A stretch of 63,202 bases of DNA, the filler included, from Folioceros fuciformis (lineage: Eukaryota), in the NCBI GenBank assembly GCA_049999805.1. It is 9 parts of 9 records of this genome, joined end to end, with 100 filler letters (N's around TTAATTAATTAA, not from the genome) between each part and the next. Parts side by side here need not be neighbours in the genome. Positions count along the whole stretch, not along the records: positions 42,719 to 50,930 come from JBNGIO010005713.1; positions 51,031 to 52,124 come from JBNGIO010005714.1; positions 52,225 to 63,202 come from JBNGIO010005715.1; 6 more parts are not named here. The stretch is one strand, 5' to 3'. Positions within the stretch are counted from its first letter, which is position 1; each line of letters opens with the position of its first letter. A program made the translations under genes and the position numbers. Below the pieces are notes generated by a model. That model made no database searches. It had not been told where the DNA came from and was given only the letters and a program-made list of their open reading frames with translations. This document shows positions 50,861 to 62,492 of this stretch, piece after piece.

Positions 50861-51071
50861 CCTAAAGAAAGTACTTGAAATTTGTATAGTCTAGCAGTAG
50901 CATATCGAAATAGTTAAATAGAATAAGCTANNNNNNNNNNNNNNNNNNNNNNNNNNNNNNNNNNNNNNNNNNNNTTAATTAATTAANNNNNNNNNNNNNN
51001 NNNNNNNNNNNNNNNNNNNNNNNNNNNNNNTTTTTCAACCAAAACAAACTACTACCCCAAACTTTGGAGGT

Positions 51072-51755
51072 TCACACTATTGCTTGCGAGCTGTGTGCCT
51101 GCAAGTACTCTTGGCACGCTCGTTGCAAGCCTTGGAATTGCCCATGGGTTTTCTCTGTCCATACTATTTGACTTGTCCTAAGCAAGTTAATCACAGCGTA
51201 AAGTTGACAGGGCCAACCCAGCACATACCTGCCTGCACAATATGCATGGAATTGTGAGAACCAATGCTTAAGGTTGCTCATATTCCTGGGGAATTCTGCA
51301 AGGCCATACGCCACAAACGCATCTAAGGGCATGTGGTGAAATACTTGATGAAAGAACAAGTGATTTTCAATCGTCTAGTAAGCACCCTCACAATATGTGG
51401 CTCACACTCAAGGCAGATCCTTGAACCCTCTCCGCTGAAGCTCGAGCAGATCATGATGATCAGTGGGGTAGTACTCAATGGGGCATGTCAAGTGATGCCC
51501 CTCTGCGAACGACAAGAAATTACTGAGCTCCTCATAGGAGTTTGGCACCATTGGTTTCTCAGGCTAGTACTTCCTGGCGAACATCTGTCTCCACTTTTTA
51601 GTTGCTTCGTTGTCCACAAAATGTGGCCTTCGAACATAGGGCTTGTGTGGCGGATTGACCTGCCCACAATTCAGACACAAGCCACGGTGAGCGTTGTTGT
51701 GCTGCAACACCTCCAGTTCTTTCCATCTCACAGGCTGGGGCCTTGCCTTCCCTGT
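51072..51755 (-). pseudogene. Degenerate ORF of unknown function, probably TE-associated
   Basis: One frame with several stops: ..RGLCLNCGQVNPPHKP.. through ..HHMPLDAFVAYGLAEFP..QAIV*. Not recognised. Confidence 0.35.
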
Positions 51756-51963
51756 TGTGGAGGCAAAACCCTGGGCACTGATTGCCAACGGGTTCCACCT
51801 TTAGTGGCCACACTTATCCCACTGTCGTTGAGACATTGGGTTTCGTTCCCACGAAGGAGCGATGGGGTTCCTTGCTGCTGTGGATGGAGGGTCGGACTTG
51901 ATCGACTCGATGATGGATTCGAAGGCTCCCCTCCAGCTCCAATCAGGCGTAGAACAGGCCTCG
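51756..51963 (-). mobile_element. Athila-like LTR 3' end, no adjacent PBS (3' or solo LTR)
   Basis: Near-identical to 62493-62700. Confidence 0.9.
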
Positions 51964-52124
51964 TAGCGTAAATAGGATCGATAGCGTAGGAAAGAATTGA
52001 GAATCGAATTATGGTGAGTGTGTGAGGGGCCTTTATGGCCGTGTCCCGTGAACGTGTACGACGGTTGACGGGTGATTGTTATTTAGGGCACGGTTCGTGC
52101 CTGTTTATATTCTCTATGCATAAG
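51964..52124 (-). mobile_element. Copia LTR with TA terminus (same family as 24383-24619), nested in the Athila-like LTR
   Basis: TAGCGTAAATAGGATCGA..TTTATGGCCGTGTCCCGTGAAC..GTTGACGGGT is shared with 24383-24530. Confidence 0.88.
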
Positions 52125-52224
52125 NNNNNNNNNNNNNNNNNNNNNNNNNNNNNNNNNNNNNNNNNNNNTTAATTAATTAANNNNNNNNNNNNNNNNNNNN
52201 NNNNNNNNNNNNNNNNNNNNNNNN

Positions 52225-53758
52225 GCCCAGGTCTCGACCAGCTTGGATCCGCCCAGGTCTCGACCAGCTAGGATCCGCCCGTCGGCTGGCCGCTCCCTGC
52301 GCTCCAGGCTGCCTGGCACCAATCATGGGCGGCCACAGCTAGCCCGGACCCCAAGATGGCCGCTTACCAGCTTGGATCCGCCCAGGTCTCGACCAGCTAG
52401 GATCCGCCCGTCCGCTGGTTGCTCCCTGCGCTCCAGGCTGCCTGGCACCAATCATGGGCGGCCACAGCTAGCCCGGACCCCAAGATGGCCGCTTACCCTT
52501 CAGCTGGCCTGCCACCGACATGCTCGGCCTCCTGCCCTCCTGAACCTGGCCAGAAACTAGGCCAACAGACCGGCCCGCAGCCTGCCTGTAGCTAGGCCAG
52601 GCTGGGCTGCGGCCAGGCCCCTCAGTAGCCAGCTGACCAACTCGGCTGCCCAGCTCAGCTCCAGCCCGCCTAGCCCACACGACTGCCTGCTAGGCAACCT
52701 GTCCGATCCGGCCCAGCCCCCGACCTGNNNNNNNNNNNNNNNNNNNNNNNNNNNNNNNNNNNNNNNNNNNNNNNNNNNNNNNNNNNNNNNNNNNNNNNNN
52801 NNNNNNNNNNNNNNNNNNNNNNNNNNNGCTCCCTGCGCTCCAGGCTGCCTGGCACCAATCATGGGCGGCCACAGCTAGCCCGGACCCCAAGATGGCCGCT
52901 TACCCTTCAGCTGGCCTGCCACCAACATGCTCGGCCTCCTGCCCTCCTGAACCTGGCCGGAAACTAGGCCAACAGACCGGCCCGCAGCCTGCCTGTAGCT
53001 AGGCCAGGCTGGGCTGCGGCCAGGCCCCTCAGTAGCCAGCCGACCAACTCGGTTGCCCAGCTCAGCTCCAGCCCGCCTAGCCCACATGACTGCCTGCTAG
53101 GCAACCTGTCCGATCCGGCCCAGCCCCCGACCTGGGTCCGCCATGCGGCCTGCCACACTGCGATGATTGCCAGCCTGCCTGGATCTGCTTCTAGCAATGC
53201 CTACCTGCAGCTCGGCTTGCCAATCATCCAGGCTTCCCGGATCCGCCAGCAACCAGCCTGCTCATTGACAAGCCAGGCTGCCTACCATGCAAGCCTGTCG
53301 GACTGCCCACCTGCAGCCCGATCGGCTGGCTGGCCGCTGATGGCCGGCTTAGCCTCTGCTGCCTGCCTCGGGTCCACCCCGGCCAGCTCCTGCAAGTCGG
53401 GCAGCCCACCTGCTCGCAGCCCGACATGACCAGCCATCATGTTTGATCCGCTCCGGCCTGCCACAACCCGCTGGAGCGGCCTGCCCCCAACTGGGGCCTC
53501 CCCTGCTGGCCAGGCCCTCGCTTGGCTCTAGGATCAGCCAGCCATCACGGCCGGATCCAGCGCCGCTCCTGCTGACCCCTTAGGACTGTCTATCGATCTG
53601 GCCTCCTCGCCGGCTAGATCTGCCAACCCACCCTCCTGCCACTTGCCCAGAGGCCGCAACCTGGGGCCGCAACCTGGCTCCTGCCTTCTGAATCCGGCCA
53701 GATCTAGGCCGCCGCCCTATCCCGCCGGTCTGCTAACTTGGCCGCCTGTGCTCTAGTG
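52225..53758 (-). mobile_element. GC-rich internal part of the giant LTR family, with local duplications
   Basis: 53110-53160 matches the reverse complement of 33420-33465. Same GC/CTAG-rich composition. Confidence 0.6.
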
Positions 53759-56596
53759 TGTCAATAGGATCGACTCCAGTCTACGTGCAAGTGTAGGAGA
53801 GGAGAGGAGAGAAGAGAGGGTGGTATTGGTGATCACAACCATGAAGACAATACACATCACCACTGTCTTACTATGGAGGTCCGAGGTCTCCATTTAAGTA
53901 GTACATTTAGGGCTACACAACTTCCAGGTTCAATATGGGATAATCTACACTATCCTAAGTTCACTAATAACTAGAACTAGTCTAGTATGAACCCAACTGG
54001 GATAACTAACACCACATGAGTTTAGCTCATATAGAGCTCGATAACTCAACAACCACTACCTCTCAGATGGCCTAGCTACGACAACTCGACTTTGCGACTC
54101 CAGGCCTCATTCCGCCACTGAGGTAGGGGTCTCTAGAACTACTAGCTTCTCAACTCCAGTAGGGGTCTCTAGAACTACTAGCTTCTCAACTCCGGTAGGG
54201 GTCTCCACAAGCGATAGCGGATTCCACTACCCCTTAGTTAGTCGAGCCATCGCGGGCCCCACTCTACGACTCTAGTCCCTACTCCACAACTGCGGTCGCA
54301 AGTTCCGTGCGCGTGTATGGGCGCAACCAGGAGGAGGAAGGCGGACTCGTGCTCAAGTCCATGAAGAAGCGCAGCACCGCAGCAGCCGCCGCGGCGCTGT
54401 TCAAGGCTGGCACCGGGAGAGAAGCCAACGGGTGGCTGATTCAGGACATGGCAACCGCCCAGCTAATGGGCATGGCGAGGTGGTTTTGATGTGTCCTGCA
54501 GATTCGGAAGCAGGATTACCTTTCTGACAAGATGCTCCTGTTTGTGCATGAGGTCGTTAAGGGCAATAAGGTGGACTGGGGGAGGATCCTGTATGACAGG
54601 ATGAACGAGGAGAGGCAAAACTTGGCCTCAGCCTCCCCTCGACCTTCAATGATTTCTCCCTTTTCAGTGCATACTTGCTGTTATGCTAACCTTCTACCTG
54701 AAGTTGAGGTGATTGCCTCTTTACATAGCTGGAAGCCACTTAGGGAGGTGAAGTGGAAGCTTGTGGAGCCAAGGGAAGCCGACTCCAGCAGCTGGGAGTC
54801 AGGAGGCACGGACAATTTAGAGGAGGAAGCCCCCACCAAGCAAAAGAGGAAGGTGGGGACAGGGAAAAGGACTCCTGCTAAGAGGAGGAGGATTGGTGGG
54901 CAGGTCACCAGAAGGGGGAGCGGGATAGCGCAACAGGAAACCGCCCTAGAGCAGGCTGAGCAGGGCCAGGAAGTTGTCCAGGAGCCAACGGAGAGGGAAC
55001 GGGCTGAGAAGGAGCCAGAGGCACCCCAGGAACCAGTGCCAGAGATGGAAACGGCCCCGCCTGAGGTGATGGCCAAATTAGGGTACGTTCCAAAACAGGA
55101 ACCCTTTCCAGGATGAGAAGAAATTTTTAGAAGAATCCCTCTAGTGGACAGGTTGCAGGCAGAGGACCTGGGTAGGTTGAAAGTGCTGCTGGGAAGGCAG
55201 ATCATGGACAAGGGGATGGCTCCAGTGGGGGAGTCGCAGGAAGTTGACTTGCCTAGCTTGACTTCAACGATGGTGCAGGCCTAGGCGAATATGCTGGACC
55301 AGGCTGCTAGGGCACTGACTTGGCTGAGCATGCAGGCGAAGAGGGAAGCTGAGGCCCGGAGCAAGGAGGCGGAAGCCTGGGAGAAGGAGGCTGAAGCCTA
55401 GAGGAAGCTAGCGGAGTTCGAGGCAGAACGGTGGCACCTGGAAGAATGGTGACAGGCGCTGAGCGCGGCTAAGGCACAAGTGGAGGAAGAGGCCCGCCAG
55501 GCAAGGGAAGAGGTGTAGGCGCTGAAGGAGCAGCAAGAGTCACTCCTAGCTTAGGTGAGGGAAGCCCATGGAACTAACTTGGAGATGCAACAGGAGGTAG
55601 CTAGGGCTCAGGAGCAAGAAGCAGCTGCAGTGGACCAAGCCTAGAAGCTAGCCCACAGGTATAAGCGGGAGTGGGATGAGGCCAGGGAGCAGAATGAGGC
55701 CAGGGAGCGAGTGAAGGGGAAGGGCAAAACCAGGCGAGGTAGTCGAGCGAAAACGGAGGTAGCCGAAGAGGCTACCGGTAGAAGAGAGACAACACTGGAA
55801 GTGGAAGCCCCGACCCCGGTAGCTGAAGGAGTAAGTGTGGAGGCGCCTGCAACCCGAAGATCTAGAAGAGCAACCTGCACTAGGAGGACTGAGCAAGGAG
55901 GAGCAACAGCTGGGGGGATGGAAGATCCTCCAATACCCTTGGAGAGCAGAGGGCAGGCAGCCTGGAGTAGCCCACGGGAGGAGGGAGTAAGCGCTTCCTT
56001 TGCAACAGAGGGTCGGATTGTGTTGCAGCATGAGGAGGAGGCCGCTTATGTGCCTGGCCTTTATGTGGAAGGAGCTCAAGTTTCTGAAGCTATTTTTATA
56101 TGTGTGTGTGGGCTTAGGAGGGACGCGGGGCTACGGCCTACAGCTGAGGACCCGCAAGGGATCCTACTACTACCGCTGACAGGTGTGCGGACTACCTCAT
56201 TGCTATTCAGAGGCAGTCCTTGAGGAACTGATAGATGAGGAGGCACAACAGTGGGTTGAGCGGGAACCCATCCTCATCCTTAGCAATCGGCAACGAGGGG
56301 AGGAGAGGAGTCCCCTACGACAGGACCCACCTACACCGCCGCCAGCGAGGTTCAGCAGCAGTAAGAGTGAGGTGGAGATCCTCTGGGAGGATCTGCCCAA
56401 CCAACGGTGGGGCAGGAGAGCCAGAGGTGGGCCAGCGAGAGGAGGAGCGCGATGGCCAGGAGGGAGGCAAATGTGGCGAGGAGAGAGGCGACAGTAAATG
56501 CACCTTAGAATAGATTATTTTAGGTTGCTTTTGCTTGGACCTATGCTCCTCACAATTAAGAGCGCGACTAACCCCCCTGACCAGACTTAATGGCTC
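53759..56596 (-). mobile_element. LTR element 3' end (293-bp LTR, PPT-like tract) carrying a long degenerate antisense ORF
   Basis: LTR 53759-54051 reads TGTTG..TGACA on minus with a CT-rich U5. GAGAGGTAGTGGT lies next to it. Plus-strand frame 54307-56500 (VDWGRILYDRM; E/A/Q/K-rich coiled coil) has many TAG stops. Confidence 0.6.
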
Positions 56597-57620
56597 CTAC
56601 TCGAGATCCTGCAGCCAGGTCACTGCCTGGCTTTCGAGTCTTGCCACATTCATCCGGAGCCCTACCCCAATCACCTTATTGCCTAATTGGTTTTGAACCG
56701 CTTGGATCTGGTCGCCACCCGCCTAGCTTGGATCCGGCCGCTGCTGAGCTAGCCCAACCATGTCCACTCCTAACAGCCGCCATGCGCTCCACCAGTCTTC
56801 CCAGCCCAGGTCCACTCCTGGCCTAGGTTCGGGCCTGATTTGCTCCCACCGGCCCAGCTAGCCGATCAGCCCTCCTGCCCGCTGAACCCGGCCACCTTTT
56901 CTCTCGTGACCCTTGCCTAGCCGGTGCACCAAGAGCAAGGGCCCGATGTCCCCGTCTTTTTGTTAAGCATGATTAATGTTGAGATTATTAGTGCTAATCC
57001 AGCTTATTGAGTTTGTACTAATTAGTGGTAAGAGTGATTAAGGTTATGATTAATATATATAAATATATATAGCTTATTAGACTTTGCTATGTTGGGCAAA
57101 AGAAGTATTGTAGGGTTTGGTTGGGGTCATTTATCCCATATTGGGCACAAAATGAGAGTGCCACCCATAGGTCCATAAAAGAAGGGATGAACCCACTTAG
57201 TATAGGCAGTCTAACTCCCTCTTCACTTGTATTGTGTTGTTTTTGTAATTCTCCTTTTTTATTTGAGTTTAAGAGCCTTGTTATAGTGCTCTTAGTTTTG
57301 GGATTCTGCATCTTGCTTCAACTAACTTGTTTTAACCTCCTTTGAGCATGGCGGGGGTGACATCTCAACACTTTTCCCCTAGGAACCCCAACTCGCCCTT
57401 CCCACGCATAGTCCTAAGCTTCCACACACATCCAGACACCCTAGCCAAGGGGACCTAGACCCGTGGCCTACCGACCACACATCCCACCAAACCCCTATCG
57501 ACTCACCGTTAATCTAACCTAATCTTCTAACCACTCCTCTTCGAATTTCAATCAGAAAACCAACCAAAAAAAAAAACTCTGCCATTTCCTAGGGGATTTG
57601 CTCATCATGTGGACTCCACA
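56597..57620 (-). mobile_element. 5' start of the giant LTR family, interrupted by a solo LTR and abutting a Gypsy protease
   Basis: Minus strand from 57620 reads TGTGGAGTCCACATGATGAGCAAATCCCCTAGGAAATGGCAGAG-polyT, matching 32878 and 18784. Confidence 0.75.
56961..57370 (+). mobile_element. Copia solo LTR (410 bp) with 5-bp TSD CTTTT
   Basis: TG..CA termini. CTTTT at 56956-56960 and 57371-57375. The first ~90 bp are near-identical to the LTR at 28276. Confidence 0.95.
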
Positions 57621-60184
57621 GTCAGCACTCCAGTTATCTCCCCTACAGGTGCCATCCTAGACATATCTGCGAGTCGCAACACCTTAGCCGTGTGTTGTAT
57701 CTCCAGCCCCAGCTTCCAGGCTATATCCTCCGTCATGATGTTGACTCCAGAACCGGTATCCAAAGGTATCTTCTTGATTATACACCCCGAGATCTCTATC
57801 TGCAACTCCGTAGGACCTTGATCAGCCATGGCCACCAGGTTCACAGCAAGTGGCTTCTTCCTTAGCTTGGGGAGACTCCACTTCTTCTTGGGTAGGGCTG
57901 CCTTCAATGCTCTCCAAATTTGCTGGCGGTATCGCGGGTTGTCTTGGAGAAACTGTCCCAATGTTACCATGAACTTGTGGTCCATGATAGCCTTTTCCAA
58001 ATTGAAGGCCTCGTTTGCCGTGCTCTCCCCTTCTCAGCGCTTGCACTAACCCGCGCTTTAGCAACTGTGGTAGCTCCTTCAGGTACAGTGGTTGTGGAAT
58101 CATGTACAGCGGCTGTGGAAGTACAGCGGTTGTGGAATCAGGACGACCAGAAATTGGTACAGATGGAACAGTCGGGGTCTGCTCCAATTCCTCTCGGATC
58201 ATCTCCATCACCTCCTTTTTGACATATAGCGGAAATACTAACTTATCCATATTTTTATCTCAAGGATTTTTTGCCAGACTCCATGACTCTGTTTCTGAAC
58301 TCTCTAGTTCCTGCACCTTGCCACTAGCATTTGCTGCAACGCCCATGCTTCGCTCCTCATTTCCCAGACCCGTACGATTGCCCATTGGTCCGCTCGGCTG
58401 GGTCGCTGCGCCACTCCTTGGTTGTTCCGTCTCATGTCCTTCATTGCCTGATGAAGTCTAGGCGTCCTCATCTTTAGACGTGTCCAGAATTACCATTCTG
58501 ACCTTCTTTCCTTTCTTCCCCCGCTCTCCTCTCCTGGAAGCATCCACCTTTTGGTTGGCATCCCGTATCTTCCTCCGCATTCGGACAGCCATAGCAGGTG
58601 TCTCCTCATAGTACCCACTGTCCAGGTCTTCGAAGCCCTCCAGACTCCTCAACATGTTGGCTTCAGCATCCTCCCACACCGCCATGAGTGCATCTTAGAC
58701 ATGCATCGCTGGTACTGAATTTTGCCCATAGGATGGTTGGGTTAATGTGACTAGAGGTTGAGCAATTCTTATGTGCTTCTTCAGTGGCTGGCAAAGAACA
58801 CTGCCTGCCACATGCCCTGGTTGCTTGCAGTCCATACACAGCCTCTCAAAATCGCCGTTCCCTTGACGAGTCGCTGAAGGACAACTACTTGCAAGATTCC
58901 CAAATCCTCAGTAGTTGTAAACTGAATAGCATTCAGCTGTCCATCTATTCTCACCACCTGATTTTGCATTCCCATGCCAATAGGATTCCGCAGATTTGTG
59001 GGGTATGGAGTCTTCAAATACCTAGAAATTGGGGTGGCCTCTTAAACCTGGTATGTGTTTGCCAAGTACATTTCTTCCTCCCCTTCCTCATAGTCCAGTA
59101 GTTGGACCGTCATATGCGGGCAGCTAGCTCTAGAGTGCCCTTCCTGCCCACAAGTTGAACAGAAAAGATTTGCTTGAGCACCTGCAATAACTCTCCGCCT
59201 CTCGTGGTCCTCCACCACATTAATGTGCAGCTTCTTCAGTTCAACCATCATCTCTTCCATCTTGTTCCCTTGGTGTTCCACTTTCTTGGCCGCCTTCTCC
59301 ACTTCCTTCCTCGCTTGTTCAGCGTCCTTCCTTGCGCTTGCGACCTCCTATTTTGCCTTCACGAGCTCCTTCCCTCGGGTGTGGCGCTTCCATTCCACTT
59401 TGATTTTTTATTTCTTCTTTTTCTTTCTCCGGTTGCGCTCATCACCCGAAAAATCTTCCTCAAAGCTGTTGCTAATTTCTTCCTTCGTGGAGCTGTCCGA
59501 GGAGTCCTTGGAAGAGCGTCCTTCCTCCGTCGAATTGTCATAAGAGGACGAGGAGTACTTCTTCTTTTTCTTCTTGGATTTCTTCTTGTCTCCCTGGACC
59601 TTCCTCTCGTCCTTCCTTGATTTCTTCCTCTCCTCTGTATTGGACTCTTTGTAGTTTAGGGCAGCCCTGATCGCTTGGTCCAAATCCTTCTCAGCTTGGA
59701 GTCGTACGTGCTTCCCCATCGTTGTGCCTAGGCCCCTAGCAAACCAGCGTGATGCCATGAGCTCTGAATGGGGGCTTGAACGGTCTCGCAGGCTATAGAA
59801 TCTTTCCACATAGCCTACAACGTCTCCCTTTGATTTCTTCGCAACCTCTCGAGCTTGGACATGACGTATCCCTCAACATCCACTCCTTAAAACCTCTCAC
59901 AAAAAGTTCTCTTCAATGCTCCAAGGTGGTTGGAGGTGTGGACGACTTGAGGTACTCCCGCTTGCAACACTTGGTTGCAGCTTCACGCAAGACTCTGTAG
60001 AACAGCTGAACACATTGCGCATCCCCTACCTCCTGGTTGGCAATGGTTAGCTGCTCAAAATGCTCAACAAAGTCATCAGGATCCTCGTAACCCTTCCTTT
60101 CCCCATATAGTGGGTAAGGTTGCTTAGTGGTTGCAACTACTGGAGTAGTAGTTGTGACTAAAATGGAGAGTGCGCATAGATTCA
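57621..60184 (-). mobile_element. gag: Gypsy gag-protease, degenerate
   Basis: EDPDDFVEHFE capsid motif, CSTCGQEGHSRASC knuckle, and protease IPLDTGSGVNIM. Confidence 0.85.
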
Positions 60185-60348
60185 TAGCGTAGAGCTTAGT
60201 ACATTGCAAGATAGCAGCGGCATACAAAATCTAAGGTGCTAGATAAGCACCGGTCTAATGGCGTGTAACCGCCACAACCGTTCCTAACCTAACACCTAAC
60301 TTGCGGTCTAACTAAAGTTCGAAGTCGTAAAATAATCTAACCTATTTA
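60185..60348 (-). mobile_element. Short LTR (164 bp) with TA..TA termini and adjacent PPT
   Basis: Reads TAAATAGG..ACGCTA on minus. CAAAGGGG lies immediately upstream (60349-60356). Confidence 0.6.
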
Positions 60349-60478
60349 CCCCTTTGTGGGGTATTAGGGTTTGCCCAACACCCCCACTCGACAAGAACTT
60401 AACCAAAAAAAATGCAGCCCTAACTCCTCCTCTTCCATTTATTCCTCGCCGCCGCTTGTCGAGATGTTGTCCGCCAGG

Positions 60479-62416
60479 TTATTGCTGCTGCTCATTCTGA
60501 TCTCCAACCTCGTCCGATTTGCCCTTGTGTCTGGAGCAGAGAAAGCGCAGGCCTAGGGATGCCCGAACACCTTGGATCCCCCCAGCCCTGTGCCCTGGAT
60601 CCTTACACACCTGACAAAACGGCACAAATCCAAGTTGCGTACGTGGCTCTGTGCACTCGTTAGCATAGTGTCCTGGCAAGCCACAATTGAAACAACAACC
60701 TGCTGCCACCACTTGTGGACGCTGGGACGGATCTGGCCTCCAATGGCCTGGAGATACTGGACGAGGACCATACCTCATTCCAGGAGGTCCTGGTGGTTGG
60801 AAAGATGGCCGAATGGACTGTGGTGGTCGAGGAGCAGTCACAGCCTGTACCTGATAGGAGTCATCCACGTACCAATAGTCTCCTGGTAGGTAGGTGTCCA
60901 CTTGGTTGACAGCGTGGCGGGGAGCCCTAGTGCACTCTTGGTGGGTGTGTCCTGATTGGTGACAAATAGAACAGTACACCAGCTGCCGACCCAGTGAAGG
61001 TGACCTCCTTGGTGCTTGGTTGCGTACAGCCTTCACCTCCAGCTCGGCCAGCCTCCTCGTCAATGCCTCAACTTGACTGGTCAGTCCTCCACCACTTGAG
61101 GACGGTTCGCCTCTCTCCATCCTATAGGATCCTTTGCCTCTCTTGTCCTTCTCAGCTCGACGATCCTCATCCTCCTCACGCCTCTTGCGTGCTTTCTCCA
61201 GATCCTTCCTCATCCTCTTCTCATAAGCCTTATCGGACTCCTCATCGGTGTAAGGATCCGACACAAGGCTGTCATAATCCGGATCTGAGTGAGACGGTGA
61301 CCTCGACCTTGAAGAGGAAGATGGGTTGTGGTGCCTCGACCTCCTATGATGCCCATACTTCCGGTTCTGCTTCCTCTTCTCTCTGCTCAACTCCGAAAGC
61401 TCAAAATCTTCAGCAGCCTTCAAAGCCTCCTGCAAAGTGGTCACACCTCTTGTGCAGTAGGTTGCCATCCTATCGGGTAGTCCTCCAGCAAACCAATCCA
61501 AAGCTTGAGCATCCGTGTACCTTGGAGTACTCGGACCTCCCGGAACAACTGGCCTGCCACGTGGGATCCTGTCCACATAGCTGTAGAACCTCTCAATGTA
61601 GTCATAGAGATCCTCCTTCCTTCCTCGCTTCAAAGTCCTCAACCTCGCGTAGGTGTGATGGCCATGGCTGAGACCTCGGAACCTGGTCAAGAAATCGTCC
61701 TTCAGGCTGTCCCAATCCACTGGTGGTGTCACTCCATACGTCCGGCTGTACCACTGCTGAGCTTGTCCTCTTAGCAAACCTGGAAAGATCCTCAAACGAT
61801 CAGCTGTAGTGTCCTCCATGTTGGCACGAGACACATGCTCGAACGTCCTTAGGAAGGATTCAGCATCCTCCCCTCTTCTCTTGTCTCCAAACTTCACGTA
61901 TTGCTGACGAGTGTGAATAGGAGCAGCCATCCTTGCAACAACTCCTCCACCCACTTGGCTGATACTTGACGTAGGAAGTACAGCCCCTACTGAAACCACT
62001 ACGGGGGCTGACAATGGAACAATGGTCGGCAAGGGGAGTAACTGACCACCAACAAGTGACTGCAAGCTATCCAGCAATGATACCACAACTGAAGTATCAC
62101 CTAGAGTTGACTGCACAACACTCGACTGTAACACGGACTCCCTCTCAACACGACCCACTTGTTGGCTGTAAGACTCCTTCCTGCAACCAGATGTAATACC
62201 AACCTCCTGGATGTCACACTCTCTGGCAATCAACCCTTCAGATTCGTGCTCTCCACTTGACCAAGGCAGCTCCTCCTGCACAAGGGTGCTAGCCTTAGGG
62301 GTCAAGCTACTCTCTCCTCTCAGCAAATTCCTCCTTGTTGCACGCAGATCCCTTGGTGAAGGGGTTACAACTGCTCTTCCTCTACCAGTTCTGCGATCAC
62401 CTCTTCCACCAGACAT
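60479..62416 (-). CDS. gag: Athila-like Gypsy gag (open 645 codons; the last ~35 aa are probably read-through into unrelated DNA)
   Basis: EDAESFLRTFE..LRIFPGLLRGQAQQWY..WDSLKDDFLTRF capsid, plus CSICHQSGHTHQEC and CFNCGLPGHYANEC knuckles and a truncated CQVCKDPGH. Confidence 0.92.
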   Translation of the reverse strand: MSGGRGDRRTGRGRAVVTPSPRDLRATRRNLLRGESSLTPKASTLVQEELPWSSGEHESEGLIARECDIQEVGITSGCRKESYSQQVGRVERESVLQSSVVQSTLGDTSVVVSLLDSLQSLVGGQLLPLPTIVPLSAPVVVSVGAVLPTSSISQVGGGVVARMAAPIHTRQQYVKFGDKRRGEDAESFLRTFEHVSRANMEDTTADRLRIFPGLLRGQAQQWYSRTYGVTPPVDWDSLKDDFLTRFRGLSHGHHTYARLRTLKRGRKEDLYDYIERFYSYVDRIPRGRPVVPGGPSTPRYTDAQALDWFAGGLPDRMATYCTRGVTTLQEALKAAEDFELSELSREKRKQNRKYGHHRRSRHHNPSSSSRSRSPSHSDPDYDSLVSDPYTDEESDKAYEKRMRKDLEKARKRREEDEDRRAEKDKRGKGSYRMERGEPSSSGGGLTSQVEALTRRLAELEVKAVRNQAPRRSPSLGRQLVYCSICHQSGHTHQECTRAPRHAVNQVDTYLPGDYWYVDDSYQVQAVTAPRPPQSIRPSFQPPGPPGMRYGPRPVSPGHWRPDPSQRPQVVAAGCCFNCGLPGHYANECTEPRTQLGFVPFCQVCKDPGHRAGGIQGVRASLGLRFLCSRHKGKSDEVGDQNEQQQ

Positions 62417-62470
62417 CTACAGGACAACTTAGACTCTCCATCCGATCAGCAAAAGAAACTCCCAAGCCGC

Positions 62471-62488
62471 TCCCCGGCAACGGCGCCA
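62471..62488 (-). promoter_or_regulatory. Athila-type PBS (tRNA-Asp)
   Basis: TGGCGCCGTTGCCGGGGA on minus, four T after the LTR end ..CCACA. Confidence 0.9.
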
Positions 62489-62492
62489 AAAA

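Noticed and set aside
52424-53133. ~300-bp direct duplication
   Set aside because: The copies flank a 100-N gap, so this is probably an unmerged assembly overlap.
53752-54060. TAGTG / CACTAC flanks as CACTA termini
   Set aside because: They face outward, there is no 3-bp TSD or subterminal repeat, and an LTR plus PPT explains the region better.
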